Assembly: GCA_040219255.1 (NCBI GenBank)
Contig: JAVJSW010000078.1
Location: 1 to 49,462 of the forward strand
DNA length: 49,462 nt
Direction: 5' to 3'
From: Sumerlaeia bacterium
Lineage (GTDB): Bacteria; Sumerlaeota; Sumerlaeia; SLMS01; JAHLLQ01
The position numbers and the translations under genes are program-made. Below, one piece after another: positions 37,701-46,579 of the stretch (within the stretch, counting starts at the first letter, position 1; each line of letters starts with the position of its first letter). Below the pieces are notes generated by a model that was given only the letters and a program-made list of their open reading frames with translations, ran no database searches and was not told the DNA's origin.

Positions 37701-38120
37701 CGGCGCGGCCATTTGATGAGCCAGCATCCAGGTCATCTCGTCGCGGAAGGCCAGCGCGTCCTCCTCGAATTCAAAGACGCCGGCTTTCCAGCCCCAATAG
37801 GTCCAGCAGCCAGCCAGGCGGTCGAACACCTCGCGGGCGTCCGTTTCCCCTCGAAACGATGCGCCCGGGTCAGGGCGCCAGCGGGAGAGGCTATCGGGGA
37901 CGCCAGACTCGCTGACGCGCACCCGGGTCGTGGGGACGCCCGCCCGCCTGAGATACTTGTCGGCGAGGATGTCGACGGACAACTGCGGCCAGGCGGCCGG
38001 GGCGACGACGTCGACGGAGCGGGCGGGCGAGCCGTCGAAGTTGCGAATGGTCGCGGTGCGGGTCTCGAAGGGCACGTCCGAAAGGCGCCTTTCGAGCGTG
38101 AAGAAACGAGCGATTTTCAT
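34734..38120 (-). CDS. nrdJ: class II (adenosylcobalamin) ribonucleotide reductase with TSCPD and C-terminal Zn finger
   Basis: APNSPQWFNTG; PQPHACFI; SNPCSE; CNLASLN; APTGTI; SGAISKTVN; YRDGSK. Confidence 0.97.
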   Translation of the reverse strand: MKIARFFTLERRLSDVPFETRTATIRNFDGSPARSVDVVAPAAWPQLSVDILADKYLRRAGVPTTRVRVSESGVPDSLSRWRPDPGASFRGETDAREVFDRLAGCWTYWGWKAGVFEFEEDALAFRDEMTWMLAHQMAAPNSPQWFNTGLHWAYGITGPAQGHYYTDIETGETRRSENAYEHPQPHACFILGLEDDLVNEGGIMDLWAREVRCFKFGSGVGSNFSALRGEGEALSGGGKSSGMMSFLRVGDRSAGAIKSGGTTRRAAKMVVVDVDHPDVMDFIRWKSDEEKKVAALVAGSKLVRDCLSDLLRVIAASPNKTSPTSDPVVAAAITDALSTGLPEQLVNRALEYGREGVLEVAFPEFDTDWQGEAYLTVAGQNANNSVRIPDAFMQALDHGLDWELIERTTGEVAATIPAKEIWTAIVRAAWESADPGVQFDTTINEWHTCPNSGRIRASNPCSEFLFLDDTACNLASLNLRKFQTETGELDLPAFEHAVALWTITLEISVAMAQLPSRRVAELTHQTRTLGLGYANLGAFLMAAGIAYDSPRGRAIAAGVTAVMTGLAYRTSAQLAAELGPFELFAKNREAMLRVINNHFGAALGSDGTVDVKGPPPVRLNKRFTPAYLREAAIEAWDQAYRSGESHGYRNAQVSVLAPTGTISLVMGCDTTGIEPDFSLVKFKSLAGGGSLRIVNETVPSALRHLGYTEEQIADITAYISGHGTFEEAPTGMGLEGLRSALGLSGMGLVALETAAKSAYHIDFLPGLDRERLWTTDAQWQALNAYVCGHGTIEGAPHLKPEHLPVFDCASPCGEGKRSLSWRAHVDMMAAVQSFISGAISKTVNLPATATMKDISKAYSHAWASGVKCVAIYRDGSKLSQPLSASAPVKAITGRIPAADSEGEEDPAPASFPQEPAGFPVDQNGLAWGSRVALPTRRHGVRTKARVGGQTVYLSTGEYEDGSLGEIFIDMHKEGAAFRSLMNCFAVAVSMGLQHGVPLEKFVHSFAGQRFEPAGPVSGHDRVKRASSIIDYIFRELGISYLGREDLADVEAPCDGAPWRTPAADKIDLGEQGAWGFASDAHATSPSPSALARSAGYTGDACPACGGFAMRRSGTCQTCEACGHAGGCG

Positions 38121-38167
38121 GGGGTGACTTCCTGCGTGGTGGTGTGGTGTTTCGGTGTAGAATGTTT

Positions 38168-38611
38168 TCAGCAAGGGACGCCGCCGGGGTTTGGCACCGG
38201 CGGCGGGGGATGGGCGGTCTGCGACAGGGAGGATTTCTCCCGCATGGGCTCCTGCGTTTCCTCCGCGGCGTCTTCGAGTTCTTCGCAGGCGCCCTGATAG
38301 GCCGCCAGGTAGGCGGCGAGGTCGCGGAAGGTGTCGGCTTTCCAGCAGCCGGAGGCGATGCGGGCGTGCTTCACGTCGCACAGATCGGCGAGTGAGAGGG
38401 CGCGCATTTCCGCGTCGCTGCTGCTCGAGGAGATGGGGCCAAAGCGTGTCAGGTGGGCCCGCTTGTACTCGTGCCGGCTTTCACCCCAGCCGTTGGAGTA
38501 TTCGCCGGCGCGGCGGGCCGTCACTTCGCGGACGAGGCAAAGCCCCCTCAGCAGCAGCCGCTGGAAAAGCGGCGGGGCGGGGGGCTGACCTTGATCGGTC
38601 GGTTGGTTCAT
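38168..38611 (-). CDS. hypothetical protein
   Basis: ORF between dnaB and nrdJ; ATG 38611 with SD AGGA. Confidence 0.55.
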   Translation of the reverse strand: MNQPTDQGQPPAPPLFQRLLLRGLCLVREVTARRAGEYSNGWGESRHEYKRAHLTRFGPISSSSSDAEMRALSLADLCDVKHARIASGCWKADTFRDLAAYLAAYQGACEELEDAAEETQEPMREKSSLSQTAHPPPPVPNPGGVPC

Positions 38612-38692
38612 GGGTTGGATTCCTGATAGGATTGGCGTGGTCAAGTGGCCTACACTTTTGTATCGCCTAGGCGCTATCAGAAAATCAACCCA

Positions 38693-40192
38693 CTAATGTA
38701 ATTCGCCGTCTTGTCCGTCGGGCATGCCTCCGGTCGCGTTGTTTGCCTCAAGGCGCGCCTCCGCGATGGAGGACTGGTGATCGGCGAAAACGCCCGTATT
38801 CGGCGAGAAGGCCGCTTCGACCGAACCGATAGGGCCGTTGCGGTTCTTGCCAACGATCACTTCCGTGAGGACCACGCGCGGCGTGATGATGCGGCCCTCA
38901 GGCGTCTTCCGAAAGCGCTCGCGGTGAAGGAAAATCACCTGATCGGCCTCTTGCTCGATTTCGCCGCTTTCGCGCAGGTCAGCGAGCTGCGGCCGCGCGT
39001 CTTTGTCTTTGCCGCTGCGCGCCTCGATCTGGCGAGAGAGCTGGGAGAGAGCGATGATCGGGGTCTCCAGCTCGCGCCCCAGGGCCTTGAGGCCGCGAGC
39101 GATCGATCCGACCTCGATCTGCCGCGATCCCATCCTGGCGACCGAGGGATCGTTCATGAGCTGCAGGTAATCGATCACGATGGCGCCGAGGTTGGGGACG
39201 CGCTGCTTGATGCGGCGCGCCGCGGCTCTCACCTTGGCCAGGGAAAGGCCGGAGCGGTCATCGATGTAGACCGGCCACCCGTCGGTCTCGCGCGCCTTCG
39301 CCTCGAACTGCAAGAGGGCGCCTTCATCGGGGGAGGAGCGAAACGAGTGGATGTTCATGGCGTTCGGCCCGGTCAGCCCCACCATGCGTTGAGTGATCGT
39401 GAGCCGGTCCATCTCCAGGGAGAAGAACGCGACGGGCACGGCCGCCGCGGGGTTGGCCACGCCCGTAGGGCGCGTGACCCCCCTGGCCATCCGGGAAATG
39501 ACGTTGAGGGCGAAGGTGGTCTTTCCGATGGAAGGGCGAGCCGCCAGGATCGTCAGCCACCCCAGGCCGCCCAGCAGCCGGTCGAGGGAGTGATAGCCCG
39601 TCTGGATACCGCTCGACCGGCCGTCAGCTCCATCCTCCAGGACGCGACGCATCGACTGAATCGTGTCGGTCAGGTTCGAGCGCCAATCCTTCCAGGAGGC
39701 GAGCGAAGACTCGCGTTCGAGGCCGAACAGAAGGGCCATCGACTCATCCAGCGCCTCGGTGGCGTCGTCGTTGTGGGCCGCGATTTGGGCGATTTCCTGG
39801 GCCGCCTTGATGAGGCCGCGGCGCAGGCTGTGCTGCCAGACGATTTGCGCGAGCTCGGGGGCGGCGTCTGAACCGACGACTCCCATTTCCAGGGAGGCGA
39901 GGTAGAGCGGCCCGCCGGTTTGTTCGCTTTGGCCGACCTGCTTGAGCGCGTTGTCGAGCATGGCCAGATTGACGATGCCCCGGGCATCGAAGACGCGGGT
40001 CAAGGCGGTGAAGATCACCGCGTTTCGCGGGTCGTAGAAGTCGGTCGCGGTGACGATGTTGAGGACGTCGGCGATGACCTCGTTGTCGAGCAGACAGCAG
40101 CCGAGAAGCAGGCGCTCGACTTCGATGTTGTTTGGCGGGTTGAGGAGGCCCGGGGGCGCGGTGTGGGCGCCTCTGGTTTGCGTGGTTGTCAT
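38693..40192 (-). CDS. dnaB: replicative DNA helicase
   Basis: PPNNIEVE; AARPSIGKT; IDYLQL; LSQLSR; DLRESGEIEQEAD; KNRNGP. Confidence 0.97.
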   Translation of the reverse strand: MTTTQTRGAHTAPPGLLNPPNNIEVERLLLGCCLLDNEVIADVLNIVTATDFYDPRNAVIFTALTRVFDARGIVNLAMLDNALKQVGQSEQTGGPLYLASLEMGVVGSDAAPELAQIVWQHSLRRGLIKAAQEIAQIAAHNDDATEALDESMALLFGLERESSLASWKDWRSNLTDTIQSMRRVLEDGADGRSSGIQTGYHSLDRLLGGLGWLTILAARPSIGKTTFALNVISRMARGVTRPTGVANPAAAVPVAFFSLEMDRLTITQRMVGLTGPNAMNIHSFRSSPDEGALLQFEAKARETDGWPVYIDDRSGLSLAKVRAAARRIKQRVPNLGAIVIDYLQLMNDPSVARMGSRQIEVGSIARGLKALGRELETPIIALSQLSRQIEARSGKDKDARPQLADLRESGEIEQEADQVIFLHRERFRKTPEGRIITPRVVLTEVIVGKNRNGPIGSVEAAFSPNTGVFADHQSSIAEARLEANNATGGMPDGQDGELH

Positions 40193-40235
40193 TGAATCTC
40201 TTGGCCTTTCGCGGTGTGGTGTTTCGGTTTCGATT

Positions 40236-41498
40236 TCAGACCCGGGTGGTGGTGGTGGCCTGCCGCCCGAGGGCGGAGCGGAAAATATCCTGATGGCACG
40301 GGGTGCCGAGGCGTTTCACGTGGTCAATGAGTTGGCTGTTTGAGGCAATCGAAGCAAGCGCGATGGCGACGTCCCGGTCGCTCCAGCCTGACCGCTCAAG
40401 GGCGTCGATCTGGATGACCCAGCGCTCGTCGAGCTGTTCGCGGCCGATGGCCTCGCTGATGGTTACAAGGTGGTCGCTGTGGGTGCGCAGGATGCGTCGG
40501 TAGGCCTCAAGCCGGGCGGAGCGGTCGGCATCCGATGTCGACGAGGTCGCGGCGGCGTTGTGCTCGGCAAACAGGCGCAGGGCGTAGCTGAGGCGGTCAC
40601 GGTGCCCGTTGGCGATCACCCCGTCGGCAAAGCTAGCCAATCCCCTCCGCAGGGCATCCGCACGTGACCCGGGGGCGGTCTCCAGCCATCGCAGCGCCGC
40701 GGCGAGCTTCGAGTCGCCGACGTTGGTTTGGCGCAGGCGCTCGACGAGGGCGGCGCGCCGCTCGGGCGAGCCTTGGGTCATGCAACCGGGGAAGCGCTCG
40801 ATGATGGCCGCCAACGCCTCGGCCTTTTGCGCAAGCTCAGGAGTCGGCGGAAAATCGCCCCCAGGCGAAAAATGGTTGGCTGGTTGGCCCTCGGGCTCGC
40901 GCGCGGGGAGCTTTGTACTACCAACCACCATTGTTTTGTTACCTTCTTTTGAATGTGCGTCCCGGGGTGTGCCCTCCCCCTCCACGGCCTCGACCGTAAT
41001 CGCCGCGTTTTCAATAGTTGAGGTCCCCTCCGGGGTCTGCCCGGGGCTGTGCCCCGTTTTCGCCTCGGCGGGCGGGGTCTTCGGTCCTAAGTCTTGATAG
41101 GCCAATGCTTCGCGAGGCGCTTCGGGAGTGCCCTGGGGGGTGTGCCCTTTGGAGGCGCCGGGGGCGGCCGCGTGCTGGTAGTTCTGCCAATTCGGGAATT
41201 GCACGATGGTCCCCGCGTGCTTGCCGAAGGGGTAGCGGAGGACGATGCGCCCGGCGCGTGTCATGCGCGAAATCCACCCCCGGATTTTCTTCACGCCGAA
41301 GTTCGTGATTTCGGCAAGCCGGCGCAGGGAGATAAACGCCTCGCCCGGCTGCAGATTCATCGGGCCGTGCGGCGTCATCACCGTGCGGTGGTGCCAGCAG
41401 GCCTCGGTCAAGACCTCGAGGAAAATAGATCGATCGTCAAAAGATGTGATTTTTTCCTTGATCTCACGGTAAACGAGCAAGTAGCCTCTCGTCGTCAT
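40236..41498 (-). CDS. phage replication initiator (replisome organizer/lambda O-like)
   Basis: N-terminal wHTH pattern GE..ISLRRLAE......IRGWI..M...GRI; low-complexity linker with DNA repeats; upstream of dnaB. Confidence 0.75.
   Translation of the reverse strand: MTTRGYLLVYREIKEKITSFDDRSIFLEVLTEACWHHRTVMTPHGPMNLQPGEAFISLRRLAEITNFGVKKIRGWISRMTRAGRIVLRYPFGKHAGTIVQFPNWQNYQHAAAPGASKGHTPQGTPEAPREALAYQDLGPKTPPAEAKTGHSPGQTPEGTSTIENAAITVEAVEGEGTPRDAHSKEGNKTMVVGSTKLPAREPEGQPANHFSPGGDFPPTPELAQKAEALAAIIERFPGCMTQGSPERRAALVERLRQTNVGDSKLAAALRWLETAPGSRADALRRGLASFADGVIANGHRDRLSYALRLFAEHNAAATSSTSDADRSARLEAYRRILRTHSDHLVTISEAIGREQLDERWVIQIDALERSGWSDRDVAIALASIASNSQLIDHVKRLGTPCHQDIFRSALGRQATTTTRV
40955..41150 (-). 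repeat. iteron-like GGGCA(C/G) repeats inside the initiator gene (candidate origin)
   Basis: Minus strand GGGCACACCCC, GGGCACTCCC, GGGCACAGCCCC, GGGCAGACCCC, GGGCACACCCC. Confidence 0.5.
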
Positions 41499-41608
41499 TA
41501 GGATTTCGATCCTTTCTTGTCGGCGGCGGGTGTTGGTAGCCCTGCCGCCGGCTTCTTTTTTATCGGTGGTCTATCGTGCGGCGGTGCGGGGCGTCGGGCG
41601 CGATTGGC

Positions 41609-42211
41609 TTAGAACGGCAGGTCGTCTTCCTCGCCGCCGCCCTCGCCTTGGTCGTAGCCCCCCTGCGGCGGGGCTTCGGCGTAGCCTTGGCGGCTGTAGC
41701 CGCTGTGCTGCTGCGGCGGCGGGCCCTGCGCGTAGCTCTGAGGATAGCCTCCCTGCTGCTGTGGAGGCGCCTGGCCGTAGCCCCCCTGGCCATGGCCGCC
41801 TTGCTGCGGCGGGGCTTGACCGTATCCCCCCTGTTGAGGGGGCGCCCCGTACCCCTGTTGCCCGTATCCGCCCCGGCCCCCTTGCCCGCCGTCGCCCTTC
41901 TTCTGCCCAAAGGCGAAGTTGTCGGCGTTGATCGTGTGCTTGGTCACCTCGCGGCCGTCCTGCGTCGTGAAGGTCTCCTGGCGCAGCCGCCCCTCGACCA
42001 GGATTTCGTCCCCCTTCGCGAAGTACTGCGCAACCGGACCGGCCCGGTTGCCCCAAAAGGTGACGTCGATGTAGCAGGTCTCCTCCTTCTCGCGGCTCAG
42101 TTTGGTGGTGCTGGCGATTCGGATTTTCGTGAGCTCGGTTCCCGACTGGATCGTGCGGCGCTCCGGGTCAGCGGTCAGGCGTCCGACGATGATGATCTTG
42201 TTGAATTGCAT
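41609..42211 (-). CDS. ssb: single-stranded DNA-binding protein
   Basis: NKIIIVGRLTADPE; KG..ILVEGRL; G/Q-rich linker; C-terminal DDLPF. Confidence 0.97.
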   Translation of the reverse strand: MQFNKIIIVGRLTADPERRTIQSGTELTKIRIASTTKLSREKEETCYIDVTFWGNRAGPVAQYFAKGDEILVEGRLRQETFTTQDGREVTKHTINADNFAFGQKKGDGGQGGRGGYGQQGYGAPPQQGGYGQAPPQQGGHGQGGYGQAPPQQQGGYPQSYAQGPPPQQHSGYSRQGYAEAPPQGGYDQGEGGGEEDDLPF

Positions 42212-42328
42212 GAGCGTGGTTCTCTTGTGGTGTGGTGTTTCGGGTGCCGCCCGGGAGGGCGCGACTCGTTGTTTACAAAAGTGAGCCCCTTTGTGCCCAG
42301 CGGTATTTTGATGCTTTTTTGCATCGAT

Positions 42329-42538
42329 CTAGCGGAGCTCCAGCTCCGCCTCGATGGCGAGGCGGTCGAGTTCCATTCCCTCGGCTACGAAGGAGGCGAT
42401 GAGAAATCCCTCCAGGTCCCCCGTCCGCCTGCATTGCTCGGCCATTCTTCGCAGCTCCTTTCCCTGCCTCTTCTTGTGCTCAATCGCCCCCAGCAGCGGG
42501 TGCCCCGTCACGTCCTCCCCCTCGGCGTTCCGTTTCAT
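42329..42538 (-). CDS. small hypothetical protein
   Basis: SD AAGGAG; 69 aa. Confidence 0.55.
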   Translation of the reverse strand: MKRNAEGEDVTGHPLLGAIEHKKRQGKELRRMAEQCRRTGDLEGFLIASFVAEGMELDRLAIEAELELR

Positions 42539-42965
42539 CGATTGCGGCTCCTTCGGTGTTTTCCTTGTCGATGTACGGGGGGAGGATGAGCGACACCTCG
42601 AAATCGACCACCCACAGGTCGACGGGGGTGTTCACCCATCGCCGCCAATGCGCCGCCGCGTCGAATTCGGAACGGGCTCCTCGCTCGGTGAGGAAGTCAA
42701 ATCCCTCGGCGGACCAGTCCTCCTCCGTCAGCAGCGCCGTGGATTCGAGGCGCAGTGGCGCGGAGATGACGATCTCGCCGAATTTGCGGCCTCCGGCGCG
42801 GGGCAGGCGGTCGTAGGCGTCGACCGTCATTCCGAGGCGAAACCTGGCCGCGTGAGAGGCCTTCCACGCCCTCCGGGTGCGTCGTTTGCGCCGCGCGATC
42901 ACTGCCGGCGTCGTCCAAGCGAAGGAAATATACATCCTGGTCCTTTCGATGTGGCCGCGGGGCAC
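42480..42965 (-). CDS. ASCH-domain protein
   Basis: ISF.......RKRRTRR; LTEED..AEGF; WVVDF. Confidence 0.7.
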   Translation of the reverse strand: MPRGHIERTRMYISFAWTTPAVIARRKRRTRRAWKASHAARFRLGMTVDAYDRLPRAGGRKFGEIVISAPLRLESTALLTEEDWSAEGFDFLTERGARSEFDAAAHWRRWVNTPVDLWVVDFEVSLILPPYIDKENTEGAAIDETERRGGGRDGAPAAGGD

Positions 42966-43825
42966 TACCTTTCATCACCCTTTCCGCGAAGGGTGCCGCG
43001 GGAGGCCCGGCCAGCCAGCTTCGTCAGGTTGGCGTATAGCACGGAGGCCGGGTCGAGGCCAGCAATAGACGCGAGCATCACCCAATACCAGGCGACGTCG
43101 CCGAGTTCCTTCTCCAGGGCGTCGGCCAGCGCGTGGCGGTCGATCTCGCCGTCCCGCAGGTAATCGCCCCGCAACAGGCGCTTGAGGACACCGGCCGTTT
43201 CCCCGGCTTCCTCCGCCAATCCAAACCCGCGGTGGAGCATTGCCTCGATGGCCTGGGCAGGGGTCGCATCCTCGGGCAGGTCGATGGCCGTCGCCGAGGC
43301 GCCGCCCAGGTAGGTGATCGATCCGATTGCGAGGGCCGCCTTGTCGATCACCTCCGCGACGTCGGTCGTCTGCTCGGTAGCCCCGCCATGCAAGTAAAGG
43401 CGCCCGGCCAGCGAGGCGTGGATTTCCCGGCCGTGCGGCGTGATCTGGTAGAGGCCGTAGCCGTAGGCGTTATCCGCCTCGCTTTCGATTTCGCCGGCCT
43501 TCCCGTCCTGCAGGAGGTAGAGGGCTTCCTCGGTGGCGAGGCGAACGAAGGCGTCGCGTTCGGCGTCCATGCCAAAGACCAGCCGGGAGTCGCCGTCCGA
43601 CGACGAGATGGCGAGGGTGGCCCCGGCATCGAGGGCCGCCAGGACAATGAAGTCCCGGCAGTCGATGATGCGGGTGGAGAGGACAACGATGTCGGTGGTT
43701 CGCCCGATCACCGAGGCCACGGCTTGGCGGTCCTGAGGGGAAAGGGCGCACTCGGGCGCTACCTTGTCGACCTCCATGCGGGCGGGATCGATGGGTTTGT
43801 ATTGGGGGGCTGAGTCAGGGCTCAT
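42965..43825 (-). CDS. MazG-like nucleotide pyrophosphohydrolase with long N-terminal extension
   Basis: GLAEEAGE..KR..KELGDVAWY..N..KL..R..RG...G.GDER. Confidence 0.85.
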   Translation of the reverse strand: MSPDSAPQYKPIDPARMEVDKVAPECALSPQDRQAVASVIGRTTDIVVLSTRIIDCRDFIVLAALDAGATLAISSSDGDSRLVFGMDAERDAFVRLATEEALYLLQDGKAGEIESEADNAYGYGLYQITPHGREIHASLAGRLYLHGGATEQTTDVAEVIDKAALAIGSITYLGGASATAIDLPEDATPAQAIEAMLHRGFGLAEEAGETAGVLKRLLRGDYLRDGEIDRHALADALEKELGDVAWYWVMLASIAGLDPASVLYANLTKLAGRASRGTLRGKGDER

Positions 43826-44393
43826 TCGGTTTCTCCGTGGTAGTGGCGTGGTGGTGATCGGACCAATTGTGGGCGTCACGCCAAAGGCGCGACCCGGCCG
43901 GCCGGCGTCCTTGGTCGAGGTAGTTGCCCCGATAGGGACGCTCGGGCGGCGAGGAAAGCTCCTCGAAGTAAGCCTGGCAAATCGGCACCATCGGGTAGAT
44001 GACGAGCGGCTCGACGACCCACATCTCGAGGGTGAAGGACGCAAAAAAGTCGCCTGCGTCGCCGCGGCCGGCGGTCACATGGACGCCCAGGCCGAGGCGA
44101 CCGGTGGATGACCGGCCGTCGATAGATGGAACGTACCGCTTCGAGCCGACGCGCTCGTAGGTCGCGCCAAGATAAAGGCGGCCCGGCATGAGGCGGTATC
44201 CGGAGCGGGGGATCTCGACCTCTGCCAGGTTCTGCGGCCGGGCCATATCGAAGCCTCCCGGCCGCAGGTTGCAGAGAAGGGTTGGCGCGAGGCGCAGGTT
44301 GATCGAGTTGGGGTTCAGAGCGCCAGGATCGAAGGGGTCGATTTCGATGTCACCCGCTTCGAGCGCCCGCCTGATGTCGCGGTCGGAAAGCAT
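43815..44393 (-). CDS. dcd: dCTP deaminase (possibly bifunctional dCTP deaminase/dUTPase)
   Basis: MLSDRDI; NPNSINLRL; GRSSTGRLGL; TLE; ICQ; Y.G.Y..Q. Confidence 0.93.
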   Translation of the reverse strand: MLSDRDIRRALEAGDIEIDPFDPGALNPNSINLRLAPTLLCNLRPGGFDMARPQNLAEVEIPRSGYRLMPGRLYLGATYERVGSKRYVPSIDGRSSTGRLGLGVHVTAGRGDAGDFFASFTLEMWVVEPLVIYPMVPICQAYFEELSSPPERPYRGNYLDQGRRPAGSRLWRDAHNWSDHHHATTTEKPNEP

Positions 44394-44409
44394 GCGTTGC
44401 GGTTCTCCA

Positions 44410-44443
44410 GAAAAAAGGCGCCGGTGGCCGTACCACCCGCGCC
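44410..44443 (-). terminator. putative intrinsic terminator upstream of dcd
   Basis: Minus strand GGCGCGGGTGG..CCACCGGCGCC followed by 6 T. Confidence 0.55.
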
Positions 44444-44474
44444 TCCGATTTAGCGTGGTTCGTTCGGGCGGCGT

Positions 44475-45287
44475 TTAGGCAAGGCGGGCGTGATAGTGGC
44501 GGACTTTGTCCTGCGCCAGGATGGGGGCGACGACATCGAGCAGCGCGTCGTGGCAAGCCTGCTCCAGGTCGGCCTCGACGGCCGTCAGCTCGATCAGCGC
44601 GCGGCCGTCGTCATTCGTCGAGGACTCCACGACGAGGCGCACCGGGTAGGTCTTCTCCCGCACCTCGGGCAGGTTGTAGACGCTGAGGTTGACGACGATT
44701 TCCTCGGGCAGAGCGCCCCCGCTCTCACCCGCGTGAACCTGGGAGGTAGCCCGCCGGCCGAAGCCCTTCGTGTCGATCTTGTAGAGCTCTTCTCCTTCGG
44801 CGCTGCGGCTGCTCTTCACGTGGCGCAGGTTCTCCACGACCGTTTCGTCGACGGCGCCGCGGAGCTTGGTGCGAAGGAAGTGCACCAGGGCGCTCGGATA
44901 GAACGTCGCCGGGTCGTCTTTCATCCGGCTGACGAGGCCAAACATCGTCGTCTTCGGGAACTTCATGGCGTGGCGCTCTTCGCGCTGGGCGCCGCTCGTG
45001 CCGTCGACCACGGCCACCGCCGTCAAACCGTCCTTGTGGTAGTAGATTTCCAGCGGGGCGCCATCGCTGTCGCCAAGCCGCCGCAGGATGTCTTCGACGG
45101 AGAAGGCCTCCACCTTTTGAGGCGGCATTTCGGCCTGCTTGCGCTCGACGGAGCCGTCGTCCTTCACCAGGTAGTAAACGTCGGCCGGCTCGCTGGCCAC
45201 GGTGAAGGTGCGGTTGCGAAGCATCTGGTGTTTTGCGGCGAGATCGGCGATTTGGGAAACGGCGTCGCCGTTGAGTTGGGCTGTCAT
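44475..45287 (-). CDS. phage protein (DUF2303-like)
   Basis: LPEEIVVNLSVY...PVRL pattern; paired with the small upstream gene, as is common for DUF2303. Confidence 0.55.
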   Translation of the reverse strand: MTAQLNGDAVSQIADLAAKHQMLRNRTFTVASEPADVYYLVKDDGSVERKQAEMPPQKVEAFSVEDILRRLGDSDGAPLEIYYHKDGLTAVAVVDGTSGAQREERHAMKFPKTTMFGLVSRMKDDPATFYPSALVHFLRTKLRGAVDETVVENLRHVKSSRSAEGEELYKIDTKGFGRRATSQVHAGESGGALPEEIVVNLSVYNLPEVREKTYPVRLVVESSTNDDGRALIELTAVEADLEQACHDALLDVVAPILAQDKVRHYHARLA

Positions 45288-45350
45288 GACTGGGTTCCTC
45301 TTGGATGGGTCAGGGGTCAGGGGTTGCGCGTGGCGGTTTCGGGGGTCGTG

Positions 45351-45713
45351 TTACTCAGCCGTTTGCTCAAACATATCGGGGGTGTCGGCCGTATCCGGGG
45401 GCATGAAGGCCTCGACGGTCTCCTGGCCTCCGGGGCCGGAGAGGCAGATCGTCTTGGCGAAGTGTTTGCGGCTTTCGAGCGGCGGGCGCTTCGAGGTGAG
45501 CTTGACCTGCAGATCGACGCCCCCGGCGCCGCCGGCATCGTCGGCGACGGGGGTCAGGATGACCTCCATGCCAACCTTGCGGGCGCCGGAATTGGTGGGG
45601 CGGTCGTCGCAATCGCGCAGGGCGTCGCGAATGAGGGCGTTGAATTCGTGACCGACGACACCCTTTTGCAGGCGTCCGATGTTTTCGATGGTGACTTTGG
45701 GCCGTTCGGGCAT
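45351..45713 (-). CDS. conserved phage protein
   Basis: DC.DRP....ARKV.MEV.LTP motif common in phage early operons. Confidence 0.7.
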   Translation of the reverse strand: MPERPKVTIENIGRLQKGVVGHEFNALIRDALRDCDDRPTNSGARKVGMEVILTPVADDAGGAGGVDLQVKLTSKRPPLESRKHFAKTICLSGPGGQETVEAFMPPDTADTPDMFEQTAE

Positions 45714-45718
45714 GGGAG

Positions 45719-46579
45719 TTATCCTTTAGCGTGGTGGTTGGGGTCAGAGGGTTGGCGGTTGTCCAGGGATCCGGCGATGAAGCGGGCGAGCGCCCAGGCC
45801 GCGTCCGGGCCCAGGTCGCGAATGATGGCCTCGGCCGCGGCAGCGGCGCGGCGCGGCTTGTCCAGGCGGGAGAGAATGACGCGCGGCGCGAGCAACGCGG
45901 CGGTGGAAATCGGGAAGGCGTGGATGCAAATGGCGGCGAGGCCTTCGGCGTAGGGCCGCCACTCCTTTTGCGCGTCCTTGGCGAGGCGCTGGCGCAGCTG
46001 GTGAACGATGCCGGCCAACGAGGAACGCGTGCGCCAGGTGGTCATGAGCGCGTAGCCCAGCAGCATGAAGCGGGCTTGCTCGGGGCAAATGCCTCGCTCG
46101 AGGGCCTCGTCGTAGGCGGCGAGGGTTTCGGCGCCAAGGCGGGCGTAGGTCTCGTCGGCCCATCGCTGGGTTTCCGCGTCCGCCGCGCCTCCAGAGCCCT
46201 GCTTGCGGTTTGCCGGTGCGACGCGCCACGCCTCGACTCGCGCATAGGCGGGCGGCAGCGTGACGTAGCGGCGGGAGGCCTCGTTCCACCCGGTGGCGTC
46301 TTCGACGTTTGCCGCCCCGACGCAGTAGCGCCAGGCCTGCCGGGCAATCAGCAAGGACTCGTGCGACTCGTAGCAAATCCCGACCTGGCGAAACGGCGAG
46401 TCGTGGTTTTCGACGGCGAGGAAATCGATCAGGCCGCGGTCGCCGTCGCCCATCTCAAACACTTCCTTCTCGAAGCTCGCTCGCGCGGCGTTGACGACGT
46501 CGAGGTCGGTGCCGTCGGTCCGGGTGTGCCGAATGTACCCGCCGCTCGGCAGGTGGATCATGGGGTGAAGGGTGCTCAT
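45719..46579 (-). CDS. thyX: flavin-dependent thymidylate synthase
   Basis: VVNAARASF; HDSPF; NEASRRY; EQAR; R....AQ.E.R.YA. Confidence 0.92.
   Translation of the reverse strand: MSTLHPMIHLPSGGYIRHTRTDGTDLDVVNAARASFEKEVFEMGDGDRGLIDFLAVENHDSPFRQVGICYESHESLLIARQAWRYCVGAANVEDATGWNEASRRYVTLPPAYARVEAWRVAPANRKQGSGGAADAETQRWADETYARLGAETLAAYDEALERGICPEQARFMLLGYALMTTWRTRSSLAGIVHQLRQRLAKDAQKEWRPYAEGLAAICIHAFPISTAALLAPRVILSRLDKPRRAAAAAEAIIRDLGPDAAWALARFIAGSLDNRQPSDPNHHAKG

Noticed and set aside
34734-40192. Inteins or introns in nrdJ and dnaB
   Set aside because: No intein splice motifs or homing-endonuclease inserts seen; core motifs are contiguous.
41640-41890. Repetitive GQGGY/PPQQ-coding DNA in ssb
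   Set aside because: Ordinary disordered SSB linker.
7457-45953. Many long + strand ORFs (e.g. 7457-9370, 14560-15894, 35955-38297, 44490-45953)
   Set aside because: Antisense shadows of well-supported minus-strand genes in high-GC DNA; no recognisable motifs.
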